A stretch of 54,354 nucleotides of DNA from an uncultured Collinsella sp. Lineage in GTDB: Bacteria; Actinomycetota; Coriobacteriia; Coriobacteriales; Coriobacteriaceae. This document shows positions 17,524 to 25,796 of the stretch, piece by piece. Where the stretch lies: NCBI GenBank assembly GCA_900549555.1, contig UROO01000001.1, positions 1 to 54,354 of the forward strand, in the 5' to 3' direction. Numbering within the stretch: the stretch's first letter is position 1; the number at the start of each line of letters is the position of its first letter. A program made the translations under genes and the position numbers. A model generated the notes under the pieces. The model made no database searches and was not told the DNA's origin. It saw nothing but the letters and a program-made list of their open reading frames with translations.

Positions 17524-18769
17524 CGAGCTTACGGACGAGATCAACGCGCTATCTGGAATGGCGCAGCGCCAAGCCGGCGACGCGCTCACCCGCTTGGTGG
17601 CCGACTGGGAGGCGAGCGGGAACGGCGACATAGCGGCGCTGCGAGAGGCGGCCTACGAGGTGATCGAGACGGCTTGCGGCTACTACGCCGACACCGTTGC
17701 GGCTGGCCGCGCCGCCGAGTTCTACGACGCCGTGCGCAAGGCGCAGGAAGCGCCCGGAAAGTACGCCGCCGTCGCCGAGTCGCTGCGCGACCCCCAGGCG
17801 ACGTACGGCTCGGTGAAGGCGTTCATGGCAAGCGTGGTGAAGCAGGGAGCCACCGACATGTTCGTTGCCGCGTGCGTTCGCCGCCTCGACGCAGAGATCC
17901 GCAAGGCCGCGAACATGTGCGTGGCGCACAACGTCTCCAAAGACCCGGCGAAACCGAGGTACGCACGCGTGCCGTCTGGCGAGACGTGCGGTTTCTGCCT
18001 CATGCTCTCCTCGTTCGGCTTCAACTACAAGACAAAGGAGGCCGCAAGCCACTCGCACCCAAAGTGCGACTGCCGCGTCGTGCCGAGCTTCGGCAAGGGA
18101 TCAAAGGTCAAGGGCTACGACCCCGACGGCATGTACGACAGGTTCAACGAGTGCCTTGACACATTGGGCGGTCGCAACGGGCTGTGGGCGGAATGGGACG
18201 CCATGCCCGACGCGGAGCGAGAGGCGTACATCAAGGCCCACGGAAACAAGGCCGGCAAGGCTTTCGACAAGTACGTGAACAAGCGCATGGTCGAGGAGAT
18301 CGAACTGCGCGATCCGAAGTGGTACGCATCGGGAGAACATTCCGGCATCGAGTTTACGGACTCCGCCGTGAAAGGCGAGAAGCTAAAGCGCTGGAAGAAA
18401 GACCCCGGCGAAAGAATTACCGCCGAGAAGTTGAACGCGCTTGGCTATAAGGCGGAGTTCTGGGAAGACGAATCGCATCTGACAGCACCGAACTCCGATG
18501 GGAAGACAACGATTAGCCGAGCGGATTTATCAACGGGTATCGAAATCAAGACGATCTACGGAGCTGGGTCTGAGAACACGTTCAAGTCTCACATCAAGTC
18601 AATACCCGGCAAGAATGGCGTGAAGCTCACCGTCGTCGACGTGAGCGAGAACGAAAAGGTGACGGACGAGCAGGCGATAAAGTGGATCAGCAAGTACATG
18701 GCCCGCTATCACATCAGCGAGGTCAGGATGCTCGGGCACGATGGGAAACTCCTGCGAATAAAGAAATAG
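17495..18769 (+). CDS. Head morphogenesis (MuF-like) protein with C-terminal nuclease-like extension
   Basis: YARVP..ETCGFCLMLSS and HPKCDC motifs; C-terminal ADL...EIK. Confidence 0.75.
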   Translation: MAEIPRSLLNELTDEINALSGMAQRQAGDALTRLVADWEASGNGDIAALREAAYEVIETACGYYADTVAAGRAAEFYDAVRKAQEAPGKYAAVAESLRDPQATYGSVKAFMASVVKQGATDMFVAACVRRLDAEIRKAANMCVAHNVSKDPAKPRYARVPSGETCGFCLMLSSFGFNYKTKEAASHSHPKCDCRVVPSFGKGSKVKGYDPDGMYDRFNECLDTLGGRNGLWAEWDAMPDAEREAYIKAHGNKAGKAFDKYVNKRMVEEIELRDPKWYASGEHSGIEFTDSAVKGEKLKRWKKDPGERITAEKLNALGYKAEFWEDESHLTAPNSDGKTTISRADLSTGIEIKTIYGAGSENTFKSHIKSIPGKNGVKLTVVDVSENEKVTDEQAIKWISKYMARYHISEVRMLGHDGKLLRIKK

Positions 18770-18843
18770 CCAGCGGCTGCATGTCTCTATAGGTGAGTCA
18801 AACAACCCGCTGGCTAACCAGATTATAACCGCAAAAAACAGCA

Positions 18844-18868
18844 AGGGCCACCTACAGGTGGCCTTTTT
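18844..18868 (+). terminator. Rho-independent terminator
   Basis: GGCCACCT-AC-AGGTGGCC followed by TTTTT. Confidence 0.75.
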
Positions 18869-18987
18869 CATGCCGAATCTCACGCTCATAAGAAACTGTC
18901 GCGGACGGGCCGCACGGCCCAACTGATGACCGTTGAGCAGCCGCACGGCAGCTCAGGCGTGCCGCACGGCACGGGAAAGGACGCGAC

Positions 18988-19464
18988 ATGGCAGAAGCAA
19001 ACGAACCCACGCAAGTGCCGGGAGCAGAAGGCGGAGATGGCGCCAACCAGGAGCCGCCCGTCGACTACAAGGCGCTGTACGAGGCCGAGAAGAAGCACTC
19101 GCGCGAGTGGGAGAAGAAGGCGAAGGCCAACAGAACCGCAGCAGCGGCGCTTGAGGAGGCCAACAACGCGAACAAGACCGCCGAAGACCAGATCGCCGAC
19201 CTCAAGAAGAGGCTCGACGACAAGGAGAAGGAAGAGAAGCGGTCGAAGATCGCGGCCAAGGTCGCGCAGGAGAAGGGCGTGCCGGCGAGCCTGATCGTCG
19301 GCGACGACGAGGAAAGCATGTCCAAGTGGGCAGACGACATGCTCGCCGCGTTCAAAAAGCCGCCCGCGCCCAAGGTCGAGAAGCCAGGAAGCTTCCCGAA
19401 GCCGAGCGACGGCGACAAATCTGAGCTGCGCGACTTCACGCGCCAGCTCCTCGGTAACAACTAG
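18988..19464 (+). CDS. Capsid scaffolding protein
   Basis: Charged coiled coil, SREWEKKAKAN; immediately before the capsid gene. Confidence 0.82.
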   Translation: MAEANEPTQVPGAEGGDGANQEPPVDYKALYEAEKKHSREWEKKAKANRTAAAALEEANNANKTAEDQIADLKKRLDDKEKEEKRSKIAAKVAQEKGVPASLIVGDDEESMSKWADDMLAAFKKPPAPKVEKPGSFPKPSDGDKSELRDFTRQLLGNN

Positions 19465-19483
19465 AGACAAGTAAGGAGCCGAA

Positions 19484-20362
19484 ATGGCTAACGACACCAG
19501 CAAGGTCAAGCTCCCGCACAAGGTAGTGACCTCCATCATCAACAAGGCAAAGGACACCTCCACCATCGCGTCGCTGTCCCCCAGCACCCCGCAGACGTTC
19601 TCCGACACCACCTACATCGTGTTCAACCCGACAACCGAGGCCGAGATAGTTGCGGAGGGCGCGAAGAAGAGCGGTTCCGAGGTCTCCACCACGCCGATCG
19701 TCGCAAAGCGCGTGAAGGTAGTCACGACCACACGCGTCTCCGACGAGCTGCGCTGGGCCGACGAGGACAACCAGCTTGAGATCGTGACCAACATCATCGC
19801 CGACCAGACCGCCGCGATCGGCCGAGCGCTCGACTACGTGGTCTACCACGCCGTGTCCCCCAAGACGGGCACCGCGCTCGATGGCTACACCGCGCTCACC
19901 GCAGGGGCCAACGCCGTAACCGCCTCGGCATCCGCAGTCGACGACATCGACGCGCTGGCCGACGCGCTTATCGACTACGACATCAACGGTTTCGCGCTCT
20001 CCCGCAAGTTCGCCGCAGACCTCCGCAAGCTGCGCATTCCCGCCACCGGCCAGCGCCTCTACCCGGAGATCCCGCTGTCCCTCAACGTCGGCAACATCGA
20101 CGGCATCCCCGCCGCGACCTCCGGCACCGTCAACGGTCGCCGCTGCAAGATCGACCCGAAGGTGGCGGGCATCATGGGCGACTTCTCCACCATCAAGTGG
20201 GGCATGGTGCGCGACATGACCTCCGAGATCATCGAGTACGGCGACCCCGACAACACCGGTCAGGACCTGAAGGGATACAACCAGGTCGCGTACCGCACCG
20301 AGGCAGTCCTTGCCTACGCGGTTCTCGACCCCAAGGCCTTCGCCATCCTGAAGACGGCCTAG
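19484..20362 (+). CDS. Major capsid protein (HK97 fold)
   Basis: IVAEGAKK, GDFS, NQVAYRTE...PKAFA motifs. Confidence 0.9.
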   Translation: MANDTSKVKLPHKVVTSIINKAKDTSTIASLSPSTPQTFSDTTYIVFNPTTEAEIVAEGAKKSGSEVSTTPIVAKRVKVVTTTRVSDELRWADEDNQLEIVTNIIADQTAAIGRALDYVVYHAVSPKTGTALDGYTALTAGANAVTASASAVDDIDALADALIDYDINGFALSRKFAADLRKLRIPATGQRLYPEIPLSLNVGNIDGIPAATSGTVNGRRCKIDPKVAGIMGDFSTIKWGMVRDMTSEIIEYGDPDNTGQDLKGYNQVAYRTEAVLAYAVLDPKAFAILKTA

Positions 20363-20374
20363 GGGGCGGTAACC

Positions 20375-20656
20375 ATGGCGAACCTTGTGCAGAAGTTCAT
20401 CGTCGAGGACGCATCCAAGGCATCCCCGATCCTCCCGCAGCACGTCTGCTTCGTGACCGCCGACGGCGAGCCTGTCGGCATCTCCAAACAGGCCGCAAAC
20501 CCTGGTGCGAACCCGACCATCGCCAAGGTGGTCAAGTGCCTCGTCGACGCTGGCGTGATGGCCGCGACCTCCGAGGCATCCGAGCAGAAGGCCGGCGAGA
20601 ATGCCGCGAAGCCGGTTGACTCCGGCAAGGCCGAAGAGCCTGCCAGCGAGGAGTAG
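20375..20656 (+). CDS. Small head-associated protein
   Basis: Position after capsid; KQAA...LVDAGVM resembles head-fibre segments. Confidence 0.55.
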   Translation: MANLVQKFIVEDASKASPILPQHVCFVTADGEPVGISKQAANPGANPTIAKVVKCLVDAGVMAATSEASEQKAGENAAKPVDSGKAEEPASEE

Positions 20657-20660
20657 GCGC

Positions 20661-21059
20661 ATGGAGCCGCTAGCGACCATCGAAGACTATAGGGCGAGGT
20701 ACGGCGACCCGACTGACGAGGCACGCGCCGCGACCCTGCTCTCAGACGCGTCAGACCTGCTCATGAGCGCTTACGAATCAAACGTGGGCGACTACGAGCG
20801 CGGCAAGGTAGCCGCCTTCGACCGATCTGCCGCAGCGGTGTGCTGCCTCGTGGTCAACAGGGTCTTGTCTGCGCCAGCAGCTCTGGCGGGTGCCATGCAG
20901 TACAGCCAGGGTGCAGGCGGCTACACGGCCAGCGTGTCGTACGGGTCTGCCCTCGGCGAAATGTACCTGGGAAAGACGGAACTGAAGCGCCTCGGGCTGC
21001 TCGACCAGCGCATCGGGGCGCTCCAACCGGTTGGGAGTGATGCCGAATGGGACTCATAA
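20661..21059 (+). CDS. Head-tail adaptor
   Basis: LATIEDY...LLSDAS...ELKRLG; synteny. Confidence 0.75.
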   Translation: MEPLATIEDYRARYGDPTDEARAATLLSDASDLLMSAYESNVGDYERGKVAAFDRSAAAVCCLVVNRVLSAPAALAGAMQYSQGAGGYTASVSYGSALGEMYLGKTELKRLGLLDQRIGALQPVGSDAEWDS

Positions 21060-21385
21060 GCACCGAATCGGTGACGGTCGCAACACCCGTGGTCGAGTTC
21101 GATTCGCTCGGCGAGCCTATCGAGCGCGGCAGCGTGGACACCGCCATAGAGGGCGTGGTCGTGTGCCCGGGGGCCACGTCGGAGCTCGACGCATCGCGCC
21201 CCGACGGCGTTGAGGTCGCCTACACGCTGTGTTTCCCCAAGAGCTTCACCGCATCGCTCAAGGGGTGCCGCGTAAACGTTCGAGGCGCCGAGTACCGCGT
21301 CATAGGCGACCCGCAGCGCTACGACCCGGCAAACACCCCCGGAGATTGGAACCTCACCGTGGAAGTGGGGCGCACCGATGGCTAA
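21047..21385 (+). CDS. Head-closure/stopper protein
   Basis: Synteny; YRVIGDP motif. Confidence 0.7.
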   Translation: MGLISTESVTVATPVVEFDSLGEPIERGSVDTAIEGVVVCPGATSELDASRPDGVEVAYTLCFPKSFTASLKGCRVNVRGAEYRVIGDPQRYDPANTPGDWNLTVEVGRTDG

Positions 21386-21668
21386 GTGCAAGGTGAAGTT
21401 CGAGTGGAAGGGCTGGAAGCGCGGCGGCTATGCCGAGGTTATGAACTCAGGCGCGGTGCAGGCGCTTCTCAAGAAGAAGGCAGACGCCGCAGCGGCATCG
21501 TGCAACTCGTCCTTCTCCCGGCACCCCGGCGAGGGTGCCGGCTACATAGTACGCAAGTTCAAGGGCAAGCTCGCAAACGGCTTCGTGGTTGCCACGGCGA
21601 CTCCGCACGCCCATGCGAGCGAGCGCAAGCACAACCGCCTCAGATCAATGTTCGGAGGCGGTGAGTAA
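21378..21668 (+). CDS. Tail completion/neck protein
   Basis: Synteny; small basic protein. Confidence 0.6.
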   Translation: MAKCKVKFEWKGWKRGGYAEVMNSGAVQALLKKKADAAAASCNSSFSRHPGEGAGYIVRKFKGKLANGFVVATATPHAHASERKHNRLRSMFGGGE

Positions 21669-22009
21669 TGGACGCGGAGCGCATGGTGGCGCAGCGGATC
21701 ATGGACGAGACCGGCATCAAGGCCGTGCTCGACGTACCAGCCGACAGGCCCAGCGAGTTCATATCGGTGTCGCAGACCGGATCTAGCCGCAGCGGCTGCA
21801 TCAACCGTGTGCAGCTCGTGGCGCAGTCATGGGCGAAGACCCGCAGACGCGCCGCAGAGATTGCCGAAGCCGTGGAGCACGCAGTGCCGAGCCTCATGGA
21901 CGAGGAGTGCGTGTTCGAGGCCACATGCGGAGACACGTACCGCTGGGACGACCCAGACAGCCGCCAGCGCCGATACCAGACCAACGTAAACGTAACCATT
22001 TGCGAATAG
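21668..22009 (+). CDS. Tail terminator-like protein
   Basis: VPADRPSEFI...RYQ; precedes the major tail gene. Confidence 0.7.
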   Translation: MDAERMVAQRIMDETGIKAVLDVPADRPSEFISVSQTGSSRSGCINRVQLVAQSWAKTRRRAAEIAEAVEHAVPSLMDEECVFEATCGDTYRWDDPDSRQRRYQTNVNVTICE

Positions 22010-22017
22010 GAGCCGAC

Positions 22018-22593
22018 ATGGCACTTTTCAAGAAAAACGAGACCAAGAACGTCTCGTCCACCAAGGGCGTGAAGGGTGGATATATCTTCGTGGCCCCGGC
22101 AGGCACCACCCTCCCAACCGACATTAAGACCAATCTCGCCGAAGCCTTCCTCAACCTCGGCTTCATCTCCGAGGATGGATACACCGAGTCCGAGGAGACC
22201 GACGCCAACGAGCTGAAGGACATGAACGGCGACCTCATGGACTCCTCCACGACTTCGCGCGTGGAGTCCGCGAAGCTCACGCTCGCAGAGATCAAGGCGC
22301 AGACCCTCAAGGTCATGTACGGCGCCGACAACGTGACCGACCTCGACGGCATTATCACCGTAGAGCACAACGGCAACAAGGACGAGGCGTGGTCGATCGT
22401 GCTCGAACTCGTGCTCAAGAACGGTCGCCGCTGGCGCAAGGTCGTGCCAGCCGCCAAGTCCTCTGAGCTTGACGACATCAAGCTCGCCGTGAGCGAGATT
22501 GCCGGGCGCCAGATCACGTTCAAATACCTGGTCGATAGCAACGGCAACACCTGCTACGACTACATCGAGTCAACCGAGACCAACAACGCCTAG
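22018..22593 (+). CDS. Major tail protein
   Basis: APAGTTLPTD...LGFISEDG motif. Confidence 0.88.
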   Translation: MALFKKNETKNVSSTKGVKGGYIFVAPAGTTLPTDIKTNLAEAFLNLGFISEDGYTESEETDANELKDMNGDLMDSSTTSRVESAKLTLAEIKAQTLKVMYGADNVTDLDGIITVEHNGNKDEAWSIVLELVLKNGRRWRKVVPAAKSSELDDIKLAVSEIAGRQITFKYLVDSNGNTCYDYIESTETNNA

Positions 22594-22604
22594 GGGGAAA
22601 GAGA

Positions 22605-22853
22605 ATGACCGAGATCACCTTTACCGTCGACGGCGTTGACGGCGAGTTCGCCGCAGACCTCGACGAGCTGAAGTCCTACAAAACCGTGAAGCAATTCGCC
22701 CGAAGCGAAACCGACCCGGCGGGGATGATGGACGCCATGGAGCGCATCTTCATGGGCCGAGACGAGGAGTATATCGAAGCCCTCGGCGGAACGTCATATG
22801 ACATGCGCCGCCTGTGCGACGCGGCCTTCGAGGCGGCAAAGACAAAAAACTAA
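22605..22853 (+). CDS. Tail assembly chaperone (gpG-like)
   Basis: Between major tail and tape measure; ends in slippery A AAA AAC. Confidence 0.8.
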   Translation: MTEITFTVDGVDGEFAADLDELKSYKTVKQFARSETDPAGMMDAMERIFMGRDEEYIEALGGTSYDMRRLCDAAFEAAKTKN

Positions 22854-23248
22854 TAGGCTTCGCCAGCGACCTCGAGAACAGGCGCGGCGAAGCGATAGCA
22901 GACTTCCAGCAGTTCTACGGCATAGCCCTGCCATTGGATGGAGCGCCCGAAGACCTCGATCGGATGGCGCTCCTCTGGCAGCACCTCCCCGACAACTCGC
23001 GCCTCGCCAAGGCGCAGTACCCGCAACTTAGGTGGAGCACGACCGACTACATGCTCTGGCGTATCGAGCACCAGCTTCGGTGCATCGCCTGGGGCATGGC
23101 CGACAAGAAGGACAGGAGCGCAGAGCCTCCCGAGCCCATCAAGACGCCGGCGCAGCTCGCAGAGCTTGAGCGCCACCGCGCGAACGCGCTGGAAGCCAAG
23201 GAAGAGATAGACAAGATCCTGGGGATAGGAGGGGAAGATGGCGACTAG
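22850..23248 (+). CDS. -1 frameshift extension of the tail chaperone (gpGT-like)
   Basis: Open -1 frame (KLIGFASDLENRR...ADFQQFYG...LPDNSR) without its own RBS/ATG at the junction. Confidence 0.72.
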   Translation, partial: LIGFASDLENRRGEAIADFQQFYGIALPLDGAPEDLDRMALLWQHLPDNSRLAKAQYPQLRWSTTDYMLWRIEHQLRCIAWGMADKKDRSAEPPEPIKTPAQLAELERHRANALEAKEEIDKILGIGGEDGD

Positions 23249-25793
23249 TGTCGGGTCGGCCTATGTGTCCTTGATGCCGTCGATGGACGGCTTCGCGAGC
23301 AAGATCGGCAAGGAGTTCGGCAGCCAGGGCAACGCCGCAGGCAAGGCCTTCGGCGACTCCATGACCGTCGGCATCGACGGCGGGGCCAAGAAGTCCTCGG
23401 GCATCCTGACCGGGCTTGGAACCGTAGCCAAGGGCGTCGCCACTGCGGCGCTAGCTGGGTTCACAGCGCTCACCGGGGCCGTGACCGCGATTGGCGGCGC
23501 GGCCCTTTCCGCATATGCAGACTACGAGCAGCTTGTTGGCGGCGTCGACACGCTGTTCGGCTCCGCGTCGCAGACCCTGCAAGGATATGCCGCAGAGGCG
23601 TACAAGACATGCGGAATGTCCGCCAACCAGTACATGACGCAGGCCACGAGCTTCGCGGCCTCGCTCGTCTCGTCGTGCGGCGGAGACGTGGCCAAGGCGG
23701 CCGACTACGCCAACATGGCGATGGGCGACATGTCGGACAACGTGAACAAGATGGGTTCCGACATGGCGGACGTGCAGAACGCCTACCAAGGCTTTGCGAA
23801 GCAGAACTACACGATGTTGGACAACTTGAAGCTCGGCTACGGCGGCACGCAGGCCGAGATGAAGCGCCTGATTGCAGACGCCAACAAGCTGCGCCAGGAG
23901 CAGGGCAAGAATGCCGACCTCACGATCGACAGCTATGCCGATGTGGTCGAGGCCATCCATACCGTGCAGGAGAACATGGGCATCACCGGCACCACCGCCA
24001 AGGAGGCCGCTACCACGATCAGCGGCTCCATCGGCATGGCGAAGGCCGCGTGGGAGAACTTCATCACCGGACTCGGGCGCGACGACGTTGACTTCTCGCA
24101 GCTCACGCAGCAGCTGCTTGAGTCGATCGGCGCGGTAGCCACAAACGTGGCCCCGAGAGTTGCGCAGATTGGCAAGGGAATCGTCGAGGCGTTCCCGGTT
24201 GTGCTGTCTGGCCTTGGTCCGGTCCTTGGCCCAGTGTTCTCGGAAGCGCTCGCGACAGCTTGGAGCATCGCCGTAGAAGCCTTGGCCGAGCTTGGCATAC
24301 AGCTGCCGACAGTCGACGCTTCCCAGATAACGGGGGCGTTCCAAGCGATCGCCGACACTGCGGCATCCGTCGTAGGCACGTGCAAGTCCGCTTTCGGGCA
24401 GCTTGGCGAGCAGATACCGGGTATCTGGGACACAATCGTCTCGACTGTTAGCGGAGCCGTGATGACGATCATCTCGGCGGTGTCACCGTTCGTGACGTAC
24501 TTCGCATCGCAGATGCTGCCAGCCATCACGTCATTCGCATCTGGCGCAGTCGGCGCGTTCAGCGCCGTGCGGCCTGTTATGGAGCAGCTTGGCTCGACGC
24601 TGCTGAACGTCGGCCAGGCCATCCTGCCCGTGCTGCACAACGCCTTCGCGATGATCGTCCCGATTATCTCGCAGGTCATCGGCGTCGCCATGCAGCTTTT
24701 CGCTGCGGTAAGCCCGCTCGTGTCGCAGGTAGGCGCTGCGCTCATGCCGGCAATCACGTCTATCGGAACGGCGCTCGCAAACCTCGCCAACGCCGTGCTG
24801 CCGATATTGGCTAGCGGCATACAGATAGTGCTCTCCGTGGCTCAGATGCTCATACCGGTAATCCAGATAGTGCTGTCTGTAGTTGGTTCAATCGTGTCCG
24901 TCGTGATAACGGTGGCAAGCCAGGTGATCTCGGTCGTGGTAAACGCCGCATCCGTCGTAGCCTCTGCCATTGGCCTCGTCATGTCGGTCGTGAGCGGCCT
25001 CGTGACTGCGGTTACCACGTTCATCGGCTCGATCGTATCCGTTGTCGGCGGCGGGATAGCTACCGTGGTCGCCGCCGTTTCAGGCGGTGTGAACGCAGTC
25101 GTGGCGTTCATCGGCTCGCTGGTGTCCTCAGCGCTCTCGCTCGTGTCCGGCCTCGTCTCCTCGATCGCCTGGTACTTCTCGACCATGGTGTCGACGATGG
25201 CGAACGCGGCGCAGCAGGTGTACGCGGCAGTGACGGGTGCCTTCTCGGCGCTCGTCGGCGCTGTGTCTGGCCATATCGGGAGCCTCATGAACACCATTTC
25301 CAGCATCCCTGGCCAGGTAATGGGCTTCTTCGCAGGCGCTGGGTCGTGGCTCGTCGGTTCCGGTCGCGCGTTGATCAACGGCTTCACGCAGGGCATCCAG
25401 AACGCAATCGGCGGCGCCCTTTCCGCCGTGTCCGGCGCCGTCTCGCAGATCCGCTCGTTCTTCCCGTTCTCGCCCGCAAAGCGCGGCCCATTCAGCGGCC
25501 ACGGTTATACAACCTACTCGGGCAAGGCGCTCATGGAGGGATGGGCCGAGGGCATCGGCAGCGGCACAGGGGCGGTCAACTCCGCCATCACGTCGGCTCT
25601 AGCCTCCGCAAGCTCGCTTATCGGCTCGGGCATCACGGTCGCTCCGTCGGTTGCCGTTGCCGGGGCAGGTGCCGCCGGCACGACCTACAACGTCACGGTC
25701 AACGGGGGAAGCTTAAACGCAGACCAACGGATCATGCAGGCGGTTGACGTTCTGGTCTCCGCAGCCAAGCGGTCCGCAGGGTCGGGGAGGTAG
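23238..25793 (+). CDS. Tape measure protein
   Basis: 851 aa, Ala/Gly/Ser-rich; YEQLVGGVDTLF, PFSPAKRGP. Confidence 0.93.
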   Translation: MATSVGSAYVSLMPSMDGFASKIGKEFGSQGNAAGKAFGDSMTVGIDGGAKKSSGILTGLGTVAKGVATAALAGFTALTGAVTAIGGAALSAYADYEQLVGGVDTLFGSASQTLQGYAAEAYKTCGMSANQYMTQATSFAASLVSSCGGDVAKAADYANMAMGDMSDNVNKMGSDMADVQNAYQGFAKQNYTMLDNLKLGYGGTQAEMKRLIADANKLRQEQGKNADLTIDSYADVVEAIHTVQENMGITGTTAKEAATTISGSIGMAKAAWENFITGLGRDDVDFSQLTQQLLESIGAVATNVAPRVAQIGKGIVEAFPVVLSGLGPVLGPVFSEALATAWSIAVEALAELGIQLPTVDASQITGAFQAIADTAASVVGTCKSAFGQLGEQIPGIWDTIVSTVSGAVMTIISAVSPFVTYFASQMLPAITSFASGAVGAFSAVRPVMEQLGSTLLNVGQAILPVLHNAFAMIVPIISQVIGVAMQLFAAVSPLVSQVGAALMPAITSIGTALANLANAVLPILASGIQIVLSVAQMLIPVIQIVLSVVGSIVSVVITVASQVISVVVNAASVVASAIGLVMSVVSGLVTAVTTFIGSIVSVVGGGIATVVAAVSGGVNAVVAFIGSLVSSALSLVSGLVSSIAWYFSTMVSTMANAAQQVYAAVTGAFSALVGAVSGHIGSLMNTISSIPGQVMGFFAGAGSWLVGSGRALINGFTQGIQNAIGGALSAVSGAVSQIRSFFPFSPAKRGPFSGHGYTTYSGKALMEGWAEGIGSGTGAVNSAITSALASASSLIGSGITVAPSVAVAGAGAAGTTYNVTVNGGSLNADQRIMQAVDVLVSAAKRSAGSGR

Positions 25794-25796
25794 CCA

